The position numbers and the translations under genes were made by a program. From an uncultured Planctomycetaceae bacterium (GTDB lineage: Bacteria; Planctomycetota; Planctomycetia; Pirellulales; PALSA-1355): DNA of 64,000 nucleotides. Location of the stretch: the NCBI GenBank assembly GCA_963785305.1, contig CAWAUV010000007.1, positions 1,440,001 to 1,504,000 of the forward strand, given 5' to 3'. Under the pieces are notes generated by a model. That model ran no database searches and was not told where the DNA came from. It worked only from the letters and a program-made list of their open reading frames with translations. Shown here piece after piece: positions 10,519 through 20,667 of the stretch (within the stretch, counting starts at the first letter, position 1; the number at the start of each line of letters is the position of its first letter).

Positions 10519-10560
10519 CGTCCTCCCGCGAGGCTTTTCGGCCTCGCGGGAGGACGTTTT
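10519..10560 (+). terminator. Intrinsic terminator after glgX
   Basis: Perfect 16-bp stem CGTCCTCCCGCGAGGC / GCCTCGCGGGAGGACG followed by TTTT, 5 nt after the stop. Confidence 0.8.
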
Positions 10561-10645
10561 CCGTGTCTAACTCAAGCCGAGACGCTTCTTTCCCTAGCGC
10601 CAAGCGGCTTAGCTCAGCGCCCCCCGATCGAACACTCAATACTTC

Positions 10646-11632
10646 CTACCACCTCCACCCCGCCCCGATCTCCGGATTCACCAAACAGCCCGGCGCCAGC
10701 GGCTCGCCGCGCCAGAGCTTTGCCAAGCATTCGGCCGCCAAGCATCCCATGGCGTCGATCGACAGCAGGTCTTGCCCAGCGATATGCGGGCTGAACACCA
10801 CATTGTTGAATCGCAGCAGCCGGCTCGTGGTGGGTAGCGGCTCGACCACGAACGCGTCGAGCCCCGCGCCGGCCAGGCGCCCGCTCTCCAAGGCGTCGGC
10901 CAGCGCTTCTTCGTCGACTAGGCCGCCCCGCGCCGTGTTGATGAGCACGGCGCCGGGCCGCATTTGGGCGAGCGTCTCGCGGCGGATCAGCCGAGCCGTG
11001 GCCGCGGTGCAAGGCAAATGCAAGCTGACGATATCCGATTCGGCCAAGAGCTCATCGAGCCCCACGAGCCGTACTCCTTGCGCCTCGGCGAAAGCATGGT
11101 CGGGCGCCGGGTCGAACGCGACCACGCGCACATCGAACGCTTGCGCCCGCGGCGCCACGGCCCGCGCAATACGGCCCAGGCCGATGAGTCCGAGCGTCTT
11201 GCCGGCGAGCCGCGGGAGATAGCTTCGCCGCCAACTGCCGTCGCGCACCACGGCGTCGCGTTCGACTACATTGCGAAACACCGCCAAGATCAGGGCCAGC
11301 GCGTGCTCGGCCACCGCCACATGGTTCACGCCCGGCGTGATCGCCAGCGCGATGCCGCGGGCCGTGGCGGCGGGCACATCCACGGCGTCGTAGCCGACCC
11401 CATAGCGGGCGATCGCCCGGAGCTGGCTTGCTTCGAGCACCTCGCGGCCCAGCGGTTCGAGACCGGCGATGATCGCGTCGATTCCGACCAAATGCTCGAT
11501 CAGCCTCGCGGGTTCATGAAGCGAGATTTCCGCCGGACGCAGCACGATTTCGAGACCCGCCTCGGTGAGAATTCGGCTCCACCGTTCGGGGCGATTGATC
11601 ATCTCGATCACGCTGACAAGCACGCGCGGCAT
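10646..11632 (-). CDS. D-isomer 2-hydroxyacid dehydrogenase (phosphoglycerate dehydrogenase-like)
   Basis: RYGVGYD, AVAEHA, GLGRIA, INTARGGLVDE, LDAFVVEP, SPHIAG. Confidence 0.92.
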   Translation of the reverse strand: MPRVLVSVIEMINRPERWSRILTEAGLEIVLRPAEISLHEPARLIEHLVGIDAIIAGLEPLGREVLEASQLRAIARYGVGYDAVDVPAATARGIALAITPGVNHVAVAEHALALILAVFRNVVERDAVVRDGSWRRSYLPRLAGKTLGLIGLGRIARAVAPRAQAFDVRVVAFDPAPDHAFAEAQGVRLVGLDELLAESDIVSLHLPCTAATARLIRRETLAQMRPGAVLINTARGGLVDEEALADALESGRLAGAGLDAFVVEPLPTTSRLLRFNNVVFSPHIAGQDLLSIDAMGCLAAECLAKLWRGEPLAPGCLVNPEIGAGWRW

Positions 11633-11702
11633 GGACGATGTTCCTCCTAAACTTCCGAATGTCGAGATGATGAATCACCCCCGGGACTCCGCGGGGGAAC
11701 GA

Positions 11703-14572
11703 TTATTTGCCGTCCTTCGCGGTATCGAGTTGCCGGAGGCGGATATCCTTGATGGCCGCCGTGCTCATATACGACGCCACGCCCAGCGGTTTGCACAGCT
11801 CCATTTCGCGGCGGATCGAGATCTTTTTCATCTTCCGGTCGACATCGACGACTTTTTCGCCGTCGATCCAGGCTTCGATCTTGTCGTCGGCGACTCGCAG
11901 CCGGACTTTGTGCCAGCGGCCGTTGTCAAACGTCATGACTTTCGTGGTTTCGTTTTCCGAGGCATCCATGCCATCGAGACTCGATAGGCCGACGAGACCC
12001 CCGCCCCAGCCGCCCACCACCAAGCTGCAAGGATCGGGCCCGACCGGAAATGTGACGGTGCAGAAGAAATCCGAGCCATCGACCCGCTTCGCGGTGAGCT
12101 CGATTTCATAATCATCGCGCGGCGTTTCGCCCGTGAATGAAATGCCGGTGAGCGGTTCGCCGAACTTCATCACGATCTCGTCGCCGGCCACGTCCACATC
12201 GCCATGTCCGGCGAAGGGCGTCGATTGCCAGCCGCGCAAGCTCTTGCCGTCGAAAAGCCGACGCCAGCCATCGCTCTTGGCGCTCGAGCCGGGCGAAGCG
12301 GCGCGGCGCACGGCGTCGAGCCCGGCGTCGATATATTGGCCGCCACCGGTCTGATGGCAATGGATCGCGATCGTGTTCTTGCCGGCATGCAACGTCGCCA
12401 GCGCCGGCGCCGTGATCGGCATCGATTCGTATTCGGTCGAATACGCCGACGCCTCGGCCGCCAGTTCGCCGTTGAGATACACTTCAACATCCTCGTCGTG
12501 GTGCATGCGGAGCGCAACTCCTTGGGCGCATCGGCCGGAAGCTCGAACACCCGACGGAGCCAGATATCGTCGGTTTTCCATTTCGTGCGCACCACGCCGC
12601 CGGGAGTCGTGGGCTCGCCAAACCCGCCAGGTCCCGAGGTCCAGCGCGAATCGTCGAAATCGGCTTTCATCCAACCGCTCGCGGGCTTGTCGGTCGTGTA
12701 ACGCCAGTCGATCGCCTGCCGTTCGCTCGTGGGAACCAGCGGCGACATCGTCGGCGGCGGCTCATGCAGCCGGCGATTGGCCTCGGCCAGCTTCTCGATA
12801 TCGGGCTTGATGATCGCGCGATCGTACGTCATGAGCCCATTCACTTCACCCTCGACATCGGTGGTTTGCGTGTAGACCGACGCGCACAGCCCGGGCGAGT
12901 GGATCAAAGCCGGCATGCGGTTGAACCGACCCACGAGGTTTCTTGTAAGCTGATCGCGATCGGAGAGATTCTGATAACCCCAGTTCTTGTCGGATTGCCA
13001 GACATGGGCCGTGATCGGGAGGCCCAGCCCGCCGAACTCGCCCAGCACCGCGGCCCGATCGCCCTCGGGCCGCGGCGAGCCGGGACCGGGGTAGTTGTGC
13101 ATGTCGACCACATTGCCGGCCGGGCGATCCGACCAGCCGCTGGCGCAGTCGACGAGCCGGGTGGGATCGTATTTCTCGATCCAGTTCGCGATGCGCACCG
13201 TGTCGAACTGGCCCCAGCCCTCGTTGAAGGGCACCCACATCACGATCGACGGATGATTCCGATGGGTGTCGATCATCGCCTTGAGCTCGCGCTCGAACTG
13301 CGCCGCCGCCTCGGGCTCTTTCTTAAGATCGTCGTCCTTGGGGCCGATTCCCCGATCGCCGCTCGGCATGTCTTGCCACACCAGCACCCCCAGGCGGTCG
13401 CACCAGTAGTACCAGCGCTCGGGCTCGACCTTCACATGCTTGCGAATCATGTTGAAGCCGAGCCGCTTCGTGATTTCGATATCATAGCGCAGCGCTTCGT
13501 CGGTGGGCGCGGTGTAGAGTCCGTCGGGCCAGAAGCCTTGGTCGAGCAGACCGGTTTCGAACACGAACTGGCCATTGAGCATCAGCCGGGGTATGCCTTC
13601 GGAGTCCTTGGCCACGCCGATCTTGCGCATGCCCACATAGCTCTCCACCACATCGCCGCTGCCGAGCCCGACGCGCAGTTGATACAAATGCGGATCGTCG
13701 GGCGTCCAAAGTCGCGGATGGAGAATCTTGAGCGTGAGCGTGGGATGATCGGCTGTTCCCTCGACCGTGGCCACCTCGCGCTCGCCGTCGAGCGCCTTGG
13801 CCCAAATGCGGCCCGAGGCCAGGGGGCCATCGATCGCGAGGTCGATCTTCACTTCGCCGCGATCAATGTCGGAAGTGATCGTGAGCCCGGCAATCGAAGT
13901 TTCGGGCACGACTTCCATCCACACGGTTTGCCGAATGCCGGTCGTGGGCGTGTACATGATTCCGCCCGGCCGTTTGACTTGCTTGCCGCGCGGTTGCGGC
14001 CCGGTGTCGGTCGGATCCCACGCCGCCACGACCAATTCCTGCTCGCCGTCGGCGGTGAGCGCGCCGGTGATATCGAAGGTAAAAGGATCGTAGCCGCCGC
14101 GATGCCCGCCGACTTCCTTGCCGTTGACCCAGACGGTCGCCTCCCAGTCGATGGCGCCGAATTGCAGTAGCAGCCGCTCGCCCGGATGCAGCTCGGGCCG
14201 CTTCACCGCGAGGCGATACCAGAGCCGTTGTTTTTCGTCGATCCGTTGCATCACGCCGCTGAGCGCCGACTCGACGCAAAAGGGAACGAGAATCTGGCCC
14301 TCGAACTTCTCGGGCTTGCCGGCTTCCTTGGGCGTGATTGCATAACTCCAGAGCCCGTTGAGATTGATTCCCTCGCCACGCGCCATTTGCGGTCGCGGAT
14401 ATGCGGGCAGCGCCGCGTCGGGCTTCACATCGCGCCACCAGCGCGTCATCAGCGGCCCCTTGGCTGGCTCCCAATCGGCGGCCGCGGCCCAATGATCCAC
14501 CGCGAATGTGCAGAACAAGGCGATTGCGATCGCGGGGAGTCGAAGATCGAAACGTGATGGGCGGGCGTTCAT
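11703..14572 (-). CDS. Secreted GH2 glycoside hydrolase with C-terminal beta-sandwich and DUF1080 domain; frameshift near 12520
   Basis: Signal peptide; YPRPQ, LDQGFWPDGLYTAP, RKHVKVEP, WVPFNEGW, LGEFGG; downstream frame gives HHDEDVEVYLNG...HCHQTGGGQYID then LFDGKSLRGW (DUF1080). Confidence 0.85.
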
Positions 14573-14866
14573 GGAAATAGCTCCTGACACAAGACGAGAA
14601 AAGGCGGCCTGTGCGAGCGGGCCCGGCTGAGGTTCGCGGAAAGTAACCGCTAGATTAACTTACCCCAAGTTCCGATGCCAGCAACGCCGCCAAAACAGCG
14701 GTAGCGTGGGACTTGCGGCGGGATTATCCTGGCCCGGCGGCGGAAGCGCCCGACCGATGGCCGGCGGCGGAATCGCCCCCCGGTGAGTCGGTGTCGTGAT
14801 CGCGCGCAACGCGACCAAGCAAGCGTTCGGGTCTCATGAACCCCAAAACCGATTGACTTCAATCCC

Positions 14867-16708
14867 ATGACACGCAGATCCGAGTTCGATCTTCCCACGG
14901 CGCTCGCGGCGCTCGAAGCCGCCGCGGCCCAGCAGCGACTTTCCTCCGGCGCCGTGGCCAATATCCGCGCGTGGCTCACCGAGCCGCGCTACCGCGAATT
15001 CGCCCCGCAAGTGGCCGAACATTTGGCCCACCAAAAGTTCCAGGAGCTCGACGACGCATTCTGGACCATTATTCCCTTCGGGACCGGCGGCCGGCGTGGC
15101 AAGATGTATCCGATCGGCTCGAATACGATCAACGACCGCACGATCGGCGAAAGCGCCCAGGGGCTGGCCGATTATGCGCGCTCGTTCGCGGGCCAGAAAA
15201 AAACCGCCACCCGGCTCGCGGTGGCGATCGCCTACGACACGCGGCATCGCTCGCGCGAGTTCGCCGAACGATGCGCCGAGGTCATGGTCGCCGCCGGGTT
15301 CCAAGTCTATTTTCTCGATGGCTATCGCGGCACTCCCGAGCTTTCGTTCGCGGTGCGCCATGAGCAGTGCGCCTGCGGGCTCATGGTCACGGCCAGTCAC
15401 AATCCGCCCAGCGACAATGCGGTGAAAGCCTATTGGTCCACCGGCGGGCAACTTCTACCGCCCCACGACCAAGGCGTGATCGATCGCGTGATGAACGTCG
15501 ACACGATCGACCGCGTGTCCTTCGCCGACGCGCTCGCCGACGGGCGAATCGTTTACCGCCAGGCCGAGGTCGACGCCGCTTATCTCGCCGCGCTCATGAC
15601 CCAGGCCAAGCCGGGCCCGCGCGAGTTGCGCGTGGTGTATTCGCCGCTGCATGGCGTGGGCGCGTCGGCGATCATGCCACTCTTGGCGAAAGACGGCTTC
15701 GGCAATGTCGAGCTGTTCGGCCCCCACGCCGAGCCCAATGGCGATTTTCCGAATGTGCCCGGCCATGTGTCGAATCCCGAAAACCCGGCGGTTTTCGATT
15801 CCATCATCGCCCATGCTCGCGCAACGGGCGCCGACCTTGTGATCGCCACCGATCCGGATTGCGATCGGCTCGGCCTCGCCGCGCCGCTCACGCTCAAACC
15901 GGGCGCCGCTTGGGCGACCATGACCGGCAACCAGATCGGCGCCCTGCTCACGGAATATGTGCTCGCCCGACGCCGCGCCGCCGGACAACTCGACACGAAG
16001 AGCTATGTCGTCAAAACCCTCGTCACCACCGAGCTCGTGCGCCGCATTGCCGACGCCTACAACGCCCGAACCGTGGGCGAACTGCTCGTGGGTTTCAAAT
16101 GGATCGGCGGCGCGATCGATGAGCAGGGACCCGAACATTTTGTTTTCGGGGCCGAGGAGTCGCATGGCTATTTGGTCGGTCAGCATGCCCGCGACAAAGA
16201 CGCGGTGGTGGCCGCGATGCTCGTGGCGGAGCTTGCGGCCGAAGCCAAAGCCGCCGGCAAGTCGCTGCACGAAAAGCTCGATGCGCTTTATTGGCAATAT
16301 GGCTGCCATGTGGAGCGACAGGTCTCGGTCACGATGCCCGGCTCCGAGGGAATGGCCCGCATGACCGATCTGATGCGCCGCTTTCGCGCCGAGCCGCCCA
16401 CGAGCCTAGGAGGGCTCAAGGTCGCGCGAGTTCGCGACTATCTTTCGCTCGCCGAAACAGCACCTGGAACGGATGTTGGTCGGAGCCGCCCGCTCGTCGG
16501 CCCGCGCGGCGATATGGTGATGCTCGACCTAGCCGCCGAAGGGACTTTCGTGGCCGTGCGCCCCAGCGGCACCGAGCCCAAGGTGAAGTATTACCTTTTC
16601 GCCTTTGAGCCGGCCGAGATGCTCGCGAACCTCGATGCGACCAAGCAGGAGCTCGCCGAGCGCCTCGACGCCATCGCCGCCGACCTGGCCGCCTTCGCCC
16701 AAAACTGA
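14867..16708 (+). CDS. Phosphoglucomutase/phosphomannomutase family protein
   Basis: FGTGGRRG, TASHNP, DPDCDR, EESHG, RPSGTEPKVK. Confidence 0.95.
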   Translation: MTRRSEFDLPTALAALEAAAAQQRLSSGAVANIRAWLTEPRYREFAPQVAEHLAHQKFQELDDAFWTIIPFGTGGRRGKMYPIGSNTINDRTIGESAQGLADYARSFAGQKKTATRLAVAIAYDTRHRSREFAERCAEVMVAAGFQVYFLDGYRGTPELSFAVRHEQCACGLMVTASHNPPSDNAVKAYWSTGGQLLPPHDQGVIDRVMNVDTIDRVSFADALADGRIVYRQAEVDAAYLAALMTQAKPGPRELRVVYSPLHGVGASAIMPLLAKDGFGNVELFGPHAEPNGDFPNVPGHVSNPENPAVFDSIIAHARATGADLVIATDPDCDRLGLAAPLTLKPGAAWATMTGNQIGALLTEYVLARRRAAGQLDTKSYVVKTLVTTELVRRIADAYNARTVGELLVGFKWIGGAIDEQGPEHFVFGAEESHGYLVGQHARDKDAVVAAMLVAELAAEAKAAGKSLHEKLDALYWQYGCHVERQVSVTMPGSEGMARMTDLMRRFRAEPPTSLGGLKVARVRDYLSLAETAPGTDVGRSRPLVGPRGDMVMLDLAAEGTFVAVRPSGTEPKVKYYLFAFEPAEMLANLDATKQELAERLDAIAADLAAFAQN

Positions 16709-17062
16709 AAACCGAAAACTCTTACTCCGCGCTCCCGTACCGCGGAGCGGTCATCAGGTCGACAACAAGCAGAAACGCGCCCAGGCTCGCACAAAGAAGA
16801 ACAGAAACCATGGTGACACTCTCACGATCGGGTTGACGATCGCATTCTAAAAAAAGGGCTCGGGGCGAGCGGTCTTCGCGGTGTCCCCGGCGGACCCGCA
16901 ACACGCTCGACGAAACATCTGTTGCCCGCCGCCAGGAGCGCGTCACACAATGCGAGGGCGAAATTTTCGGGCGGCGGCATGGCCCAGGCGCCCGGCCGGC
17001 GTAAAATGAATCAGGGCTTCTATTTGCCGCTCACGGCTGCCGGGATCGCCGTGTGCGGCTGC

Positions 17063-17111
17063 TTGGCCGATTGGGCCGATTGGGCCGATTGGGCCGGTTT
17101 GGCCGATTGGG
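17063..17111. repeat. 9-bp tandem repeat upstream of uvrC
   Basis: About five imperfect copies of TGGGCCGAT. Confidence 0.8.
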
Positions 17112-17164
17112 CTCGCGCGGAAGCCCGATTTGTCGGTATTTTTCCCACCAGCGAAAGAGAACTC

Positions 17165-18691
17165 ATGGCGGAGTCTGACGGCGGCGGCGAGGCGCCACGC
17201 ATCGAGCAGCCAGACGACGATGCCGTATACGACGCCGGCTCCGACGCTTTTTCCGATGGCGCCGGCGACAACGAGCTCTCGCAGATCGAGCAGGCTGCCC
17301 GCGAAAGGGAACGGGAAACCCCCGGCGGCGACGAGGCATTCGAGCATGCGCTGGCCGAGGCCGAGCAAAAGACGGCCGACGTGCCGTGCTTTGCCCACGC
17401 CGCCGCCAAGGTTCGTCGGTTTCCTCAAACCCCCGGCGTGTATCTGATGAAAGACGCGGCCGGACGCGTGATCTATGTCGGCAAGGCCAAGAACCTGCGC
17501 TCCCGGGCCGGCAGCTATTTTCTCAAGGCGGCGGCCGAGGATCGTCGCACCGCCGAGCTTGTGACCGAGATTTGCGACATCGACTATATCGAGGCCGATA
17601 GCGAGGTCGACGCCCTGTTGATCGAGGCCCGGCTGATCAAGGATGTGCAGCCCAAGTTCAACAGCGATCTGAAAGATGACAAGACGTTTCCCTACCTCGA
17701 GATTTCGGTGCGCGAGGACTTTCCGCGGGTGTCGTTTACGCGCGAGCCGCGCGAGCGGGGCACCCGGCTCTTTGGCCCCTTCGCCAGCGCCGGCAGCTTG
17801 CGGGCGGCGGTGCAGGCGCTGCAGAAGATTTTCAAATTTCGCACCTGCTCGCTCGATATCGAAGCCGGCGACGAAAAGTGGCGCTGGTTCCGCCCCTGCC
17901 TCTTGGCTTCGATCAACCAATGCACGGCGCCCTGCAACCTGAGAATCTCGAAGGAAGACTACAAGCGTGACATCCAGCGGGTGATCAAATTTCTCGAAGG
18001 CAACAAGCGCACGCTTTTGAACGAGATGCGCGAGGAGATGATCGCCGCGTCGACCGCGCTGCGCTATGAAAAAGCCGCCCGGCTGCGCGACGAGATTCGC
18101 ATGCTCGAAACGCTCGACGATCGCGGCGAGCTCGACACCCACTTGCAGCCCGAGGTGTTTTATATCGACCCGAAAAAGGGTCTGGCCGGCTTGCAGAAAG
18201 TGCTGCGACTCAAGACGGCGCGGCGCACGATCGAGGGCGTCGACATTGCCCATTTCGCGGGCGGCGAAACCGTGGCGAGCCTCGTGCAGTTCATCGACGG
18301 GTTGCCGTTCAAGCCGAATTATCGCCGCTTCAAGATTCGCGACGTGGCTGGCGTCGATGATTTCGCCAGCATCCACGAGGTCATTTCACGCCGTTTTCAA
18401 CGGCTGAGCGACGAGCAAGCGCCCTTTCCCGATCTGCTGCTGATCGATGGCGGCAAGGGGCAGCTTTCGGCTGGCATGGCGGCTTTTCGCGCACTCGGTA
18501 TCACCCCGCCGATCGTGATCTCGCTTGCCAAGCGCGAGGAAGAGATTTATGTGCCGGGCGTCGAGGGACCGCTGCGGCTGAGCCGGCACTCGTTCGCGCT
18601 GCGGCTACTGCAATATGTGCGCGATGAGGCCCATCGCTTTGCCCAGCACTATCACCACGCGCTGCGGCGGAAAACCATGCTCGGTGAGTAA
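17165..18691 (+). CDS. uvrC: Excinuclease ABC subunit C
   Basis: PGVYLMKD...IYVGKAKNLRSR (GIY-YIG), Cys cluster, UVR domain (YEKAARLRD), IEGVDIAH, DLLLIDGGKGQL, RDEAHRFA. Confidence 0.93.
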   Translation: MAESDGGGEAPRIEQPDDDAVYDAGSDAFSDGAGDNELSQIEQAARERERETPGGDEAFEHALAEAEQKTADVPCFAHAAAKVRRFPQTPGVYLMKDAAGRVIYVGKAKNLRSRAGSYFLKAAAEDRRTAELVTEICDIDYIEADSEVDALLIEARLIKDVQPKFNSDLKDDKTFPYLEISVREDFPRVSFTREPRERGTRLFGPFASAGSLRAAVQALQKIFKFRTCSLDIEAGDEKWRWFRPCLLASINQCTAPCNLRISKEDYKRDIQRVIKFLEGNKRTLLNEMREEMIAASTALRYEKAARLRDEIRMLETLDDRGELDTHLQPEVFYIDPKKGLAGLQKVLRLKTARRTIEGVDIAHFAGGETVASLVQFIDGLPFKPNYRRFKIRDVAGVDDFASIHEVISRRFQRLSDEQAPFPDLLLIDGGKGQLSAGMAAFRALGITPPIVISLAKREEEIYVPGVEGPLRLSRHSFALRLLQYVRDEAHRFAQHYHHALRRKTMLGE

Positions 18692-18844
18692 GCGCTGCCC
18701 ACGACGACGACGACGCGACCGATCCGCTGGCGGAAAAACGACGGGCGATGGAAGCACGAAAAAAGGGCGAGGCGCCGCGACTCGCATCGCAAGCGTCTCG
18801 CCCTTGTTCATTTTTCGAATGGGCTCGTTGACCGCGACCAACGC

Positions 18845-19467
18845 TCAGCGCAAGTCCGGCAGCATCGCGCTATGATCGGTCACCATGATGCGCTCCGTCT
18901 CGTAGCTCCGTTGAACCGGGAACACATAGTTCGCCAGCCCCACGGGCGCCAGAGGCAACTGCTCAACCGGCTCGGCGGCGATTGGCCGCGCGGCTGGCTT
19001 GGGGGCGCTGATCTCGCCCGGCGCATTCCACGGATCGCTCTGCAGATAGCGATTGCGCGGCTTGACCGGGGCGGCCTGAGTCGCATGCGTGGCGGCCGGC
19101 TCGCGATGCGTGGCATCGGGTGTCGTGGCGCCGCCGCTTGGCGAAGCCGCCGCTCGCGAGAGATCCGCCGTGGCGGAAGCATGCGTGCGGCCGCCAATCA
19201 AGCCGATTACATCGCTCGACGAGGATCCTCGCGAAGCGTATTCCCGCGATGAAGCCTTCGAAGCGTCTTCGCGCGGACGCAAGCACAATCCGAAAACCAG
19301 AAGAACGAGCGTTCGCCAGAGTGGCGAAAGATTCTTGGCTCCAGCCGGCCGAAGGCGCGACGAGCCAAGACGACGTTAAAAGTGCTGTCGCCAAACCAAG
19401 GCGAGAGCCACCAAGCGCGCAATCGCAGGCGCGCTTGAGTGAGAAACCATGTTGTGGTGGAATTCAT
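18845..19467 (-). CDS. Hypothetical exported protein, apparently frameshifted
   Basis: ATG 19467 preceded by AGGAAAGGGA; hydrophobic segment (ATALLTSSWLVAPSAG) in a second frame; Ala/Pro-rich body ending NYVFPVQRSYETERIMVTDHSAMLPDLR in a third. Confidence 0.4.
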
Positions 19468-19767
19468 TGGCGTCCCTTTCCTACTCTGGTCCCAAAACCC
19501 CCGGACTCTCCGCAAACGCTGCGCATGTAGCGCAAAAGGCGCCTACGGAATAAAGCTCACGAATTATGAACTCGTGCGCGCGCTTTGCAACTAGCGCGAG
19601 ATTAATATTGTGAAATTATTCAAGGCACGTGGATTGCCGCGTGCTTGCCGCCGCAATTGCCGACTTGGGATGCGCATCGCACTGCCTGGGTCAAACGATT
19701 TGAAGGTCGCCATGCGAATTTGCTCGCCCCTCGCCGCCCACCCCCGAACCCTGAAAACCGAAAAGCA

Positions 19768-20432
19768 CTACGGCAGCGGCTTCACTTCGATTGAGCGGTA
19801 AAGCACCGTGCTGCCCGGATCATGGGCCTGGAGAGCAAATGTGCCCTTATCGAGCTTCGGATACTTCCGCTCCAGGCTTTCTGGCTCGGTGTAATCGATG
19901 ATCGTCTTGCCGTTGACCTTCGTCACGATGTGCTTGCCCTCGACGATGATCTCCTCGGTGAACCACTCATTATCCTTGCTCGGGGCGGTGAAGTTCTTTT
20001 CCACATTGTAGAGACTCGCCGTCTTCACCGGGTCACCGTGCGAGGTGTTCACTTGGCACTCATAGCCCGAGTCGGGCCAGCCCTTGTCGAGCCACTTCAC
20101 ATGAAAGTAGATGCCCGAGTTGGCCTTCGGCTTGGTCATGAGCTCGGCCTTGAAATGGAAGTTCTTGAATTCGGGCAAATGGCTCGGATCCGTGCCGACA
20201 TAGAACAAGTGGCTGCGATCGCCGTGGGCCACGATCGCGCCGTCTTCGACCTTCCACTGGTCCGGGTTCTCGTTGGCTTTCCAGCCGGTGAGGTCCTTGC
20301 CATTGAAGAGCTTGATCCAGCCGCCTTCGGTTTCGGCGGCGCGGCGCTCGAAACGAACATCATGGTCGCCAGACCCAGGAATAAAGAACCATTCACGATC
20401 CACGAACGACGGCCGAGGCTGGGGGTGTGCAT
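19768..20432 (-). CDS. DUF1080 (3-keto-disaccharide hydrolase-like) exported protein; frameshift near 20340
   Basis: WIKLFNGKDLTGW, WKVEDGAI, NSGIYFH, GYECQ, FALQAHD, YRSIEVK; signal peptide is in another frame. Confidence 0.88.
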
Positions 20433-20667
20433 AAGAATTTTCTACCTTTTCGGTGGGTCAAGGAATGCAAACGCCGCATCCCGCGCATGGGAAGCAGCGA
20501 TTCAACCAAAAATCGCGAAACGTTTCGAACCAAGGTAGCGCTAGCGGCCTGTTGAGTGTTTCAACAGGCTGCCTAGCGCGCCGCGAGCGATTATCTTCGT
20601 TCGAGACCCGCGGGCCCGCAAGCCCCCGCGCCCGCGGCGGACAAATTTGCCGGCGGCGGAGTCCGAC

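Noticed and set aside
16922..17164. N-terminal extension of uvrC containing ADW repeats
   Set aside because: Translation of a 9-bp DNA repeat; ATG 17165 with a purine-rich upstream stretch is the more plausible start.
19623..19637. Sigma54-like AGGCACG-TGGA-TTGC on the plus strand
   Set aside because: No credible plus-strand gene downstream; cannot be distinguished from chance.
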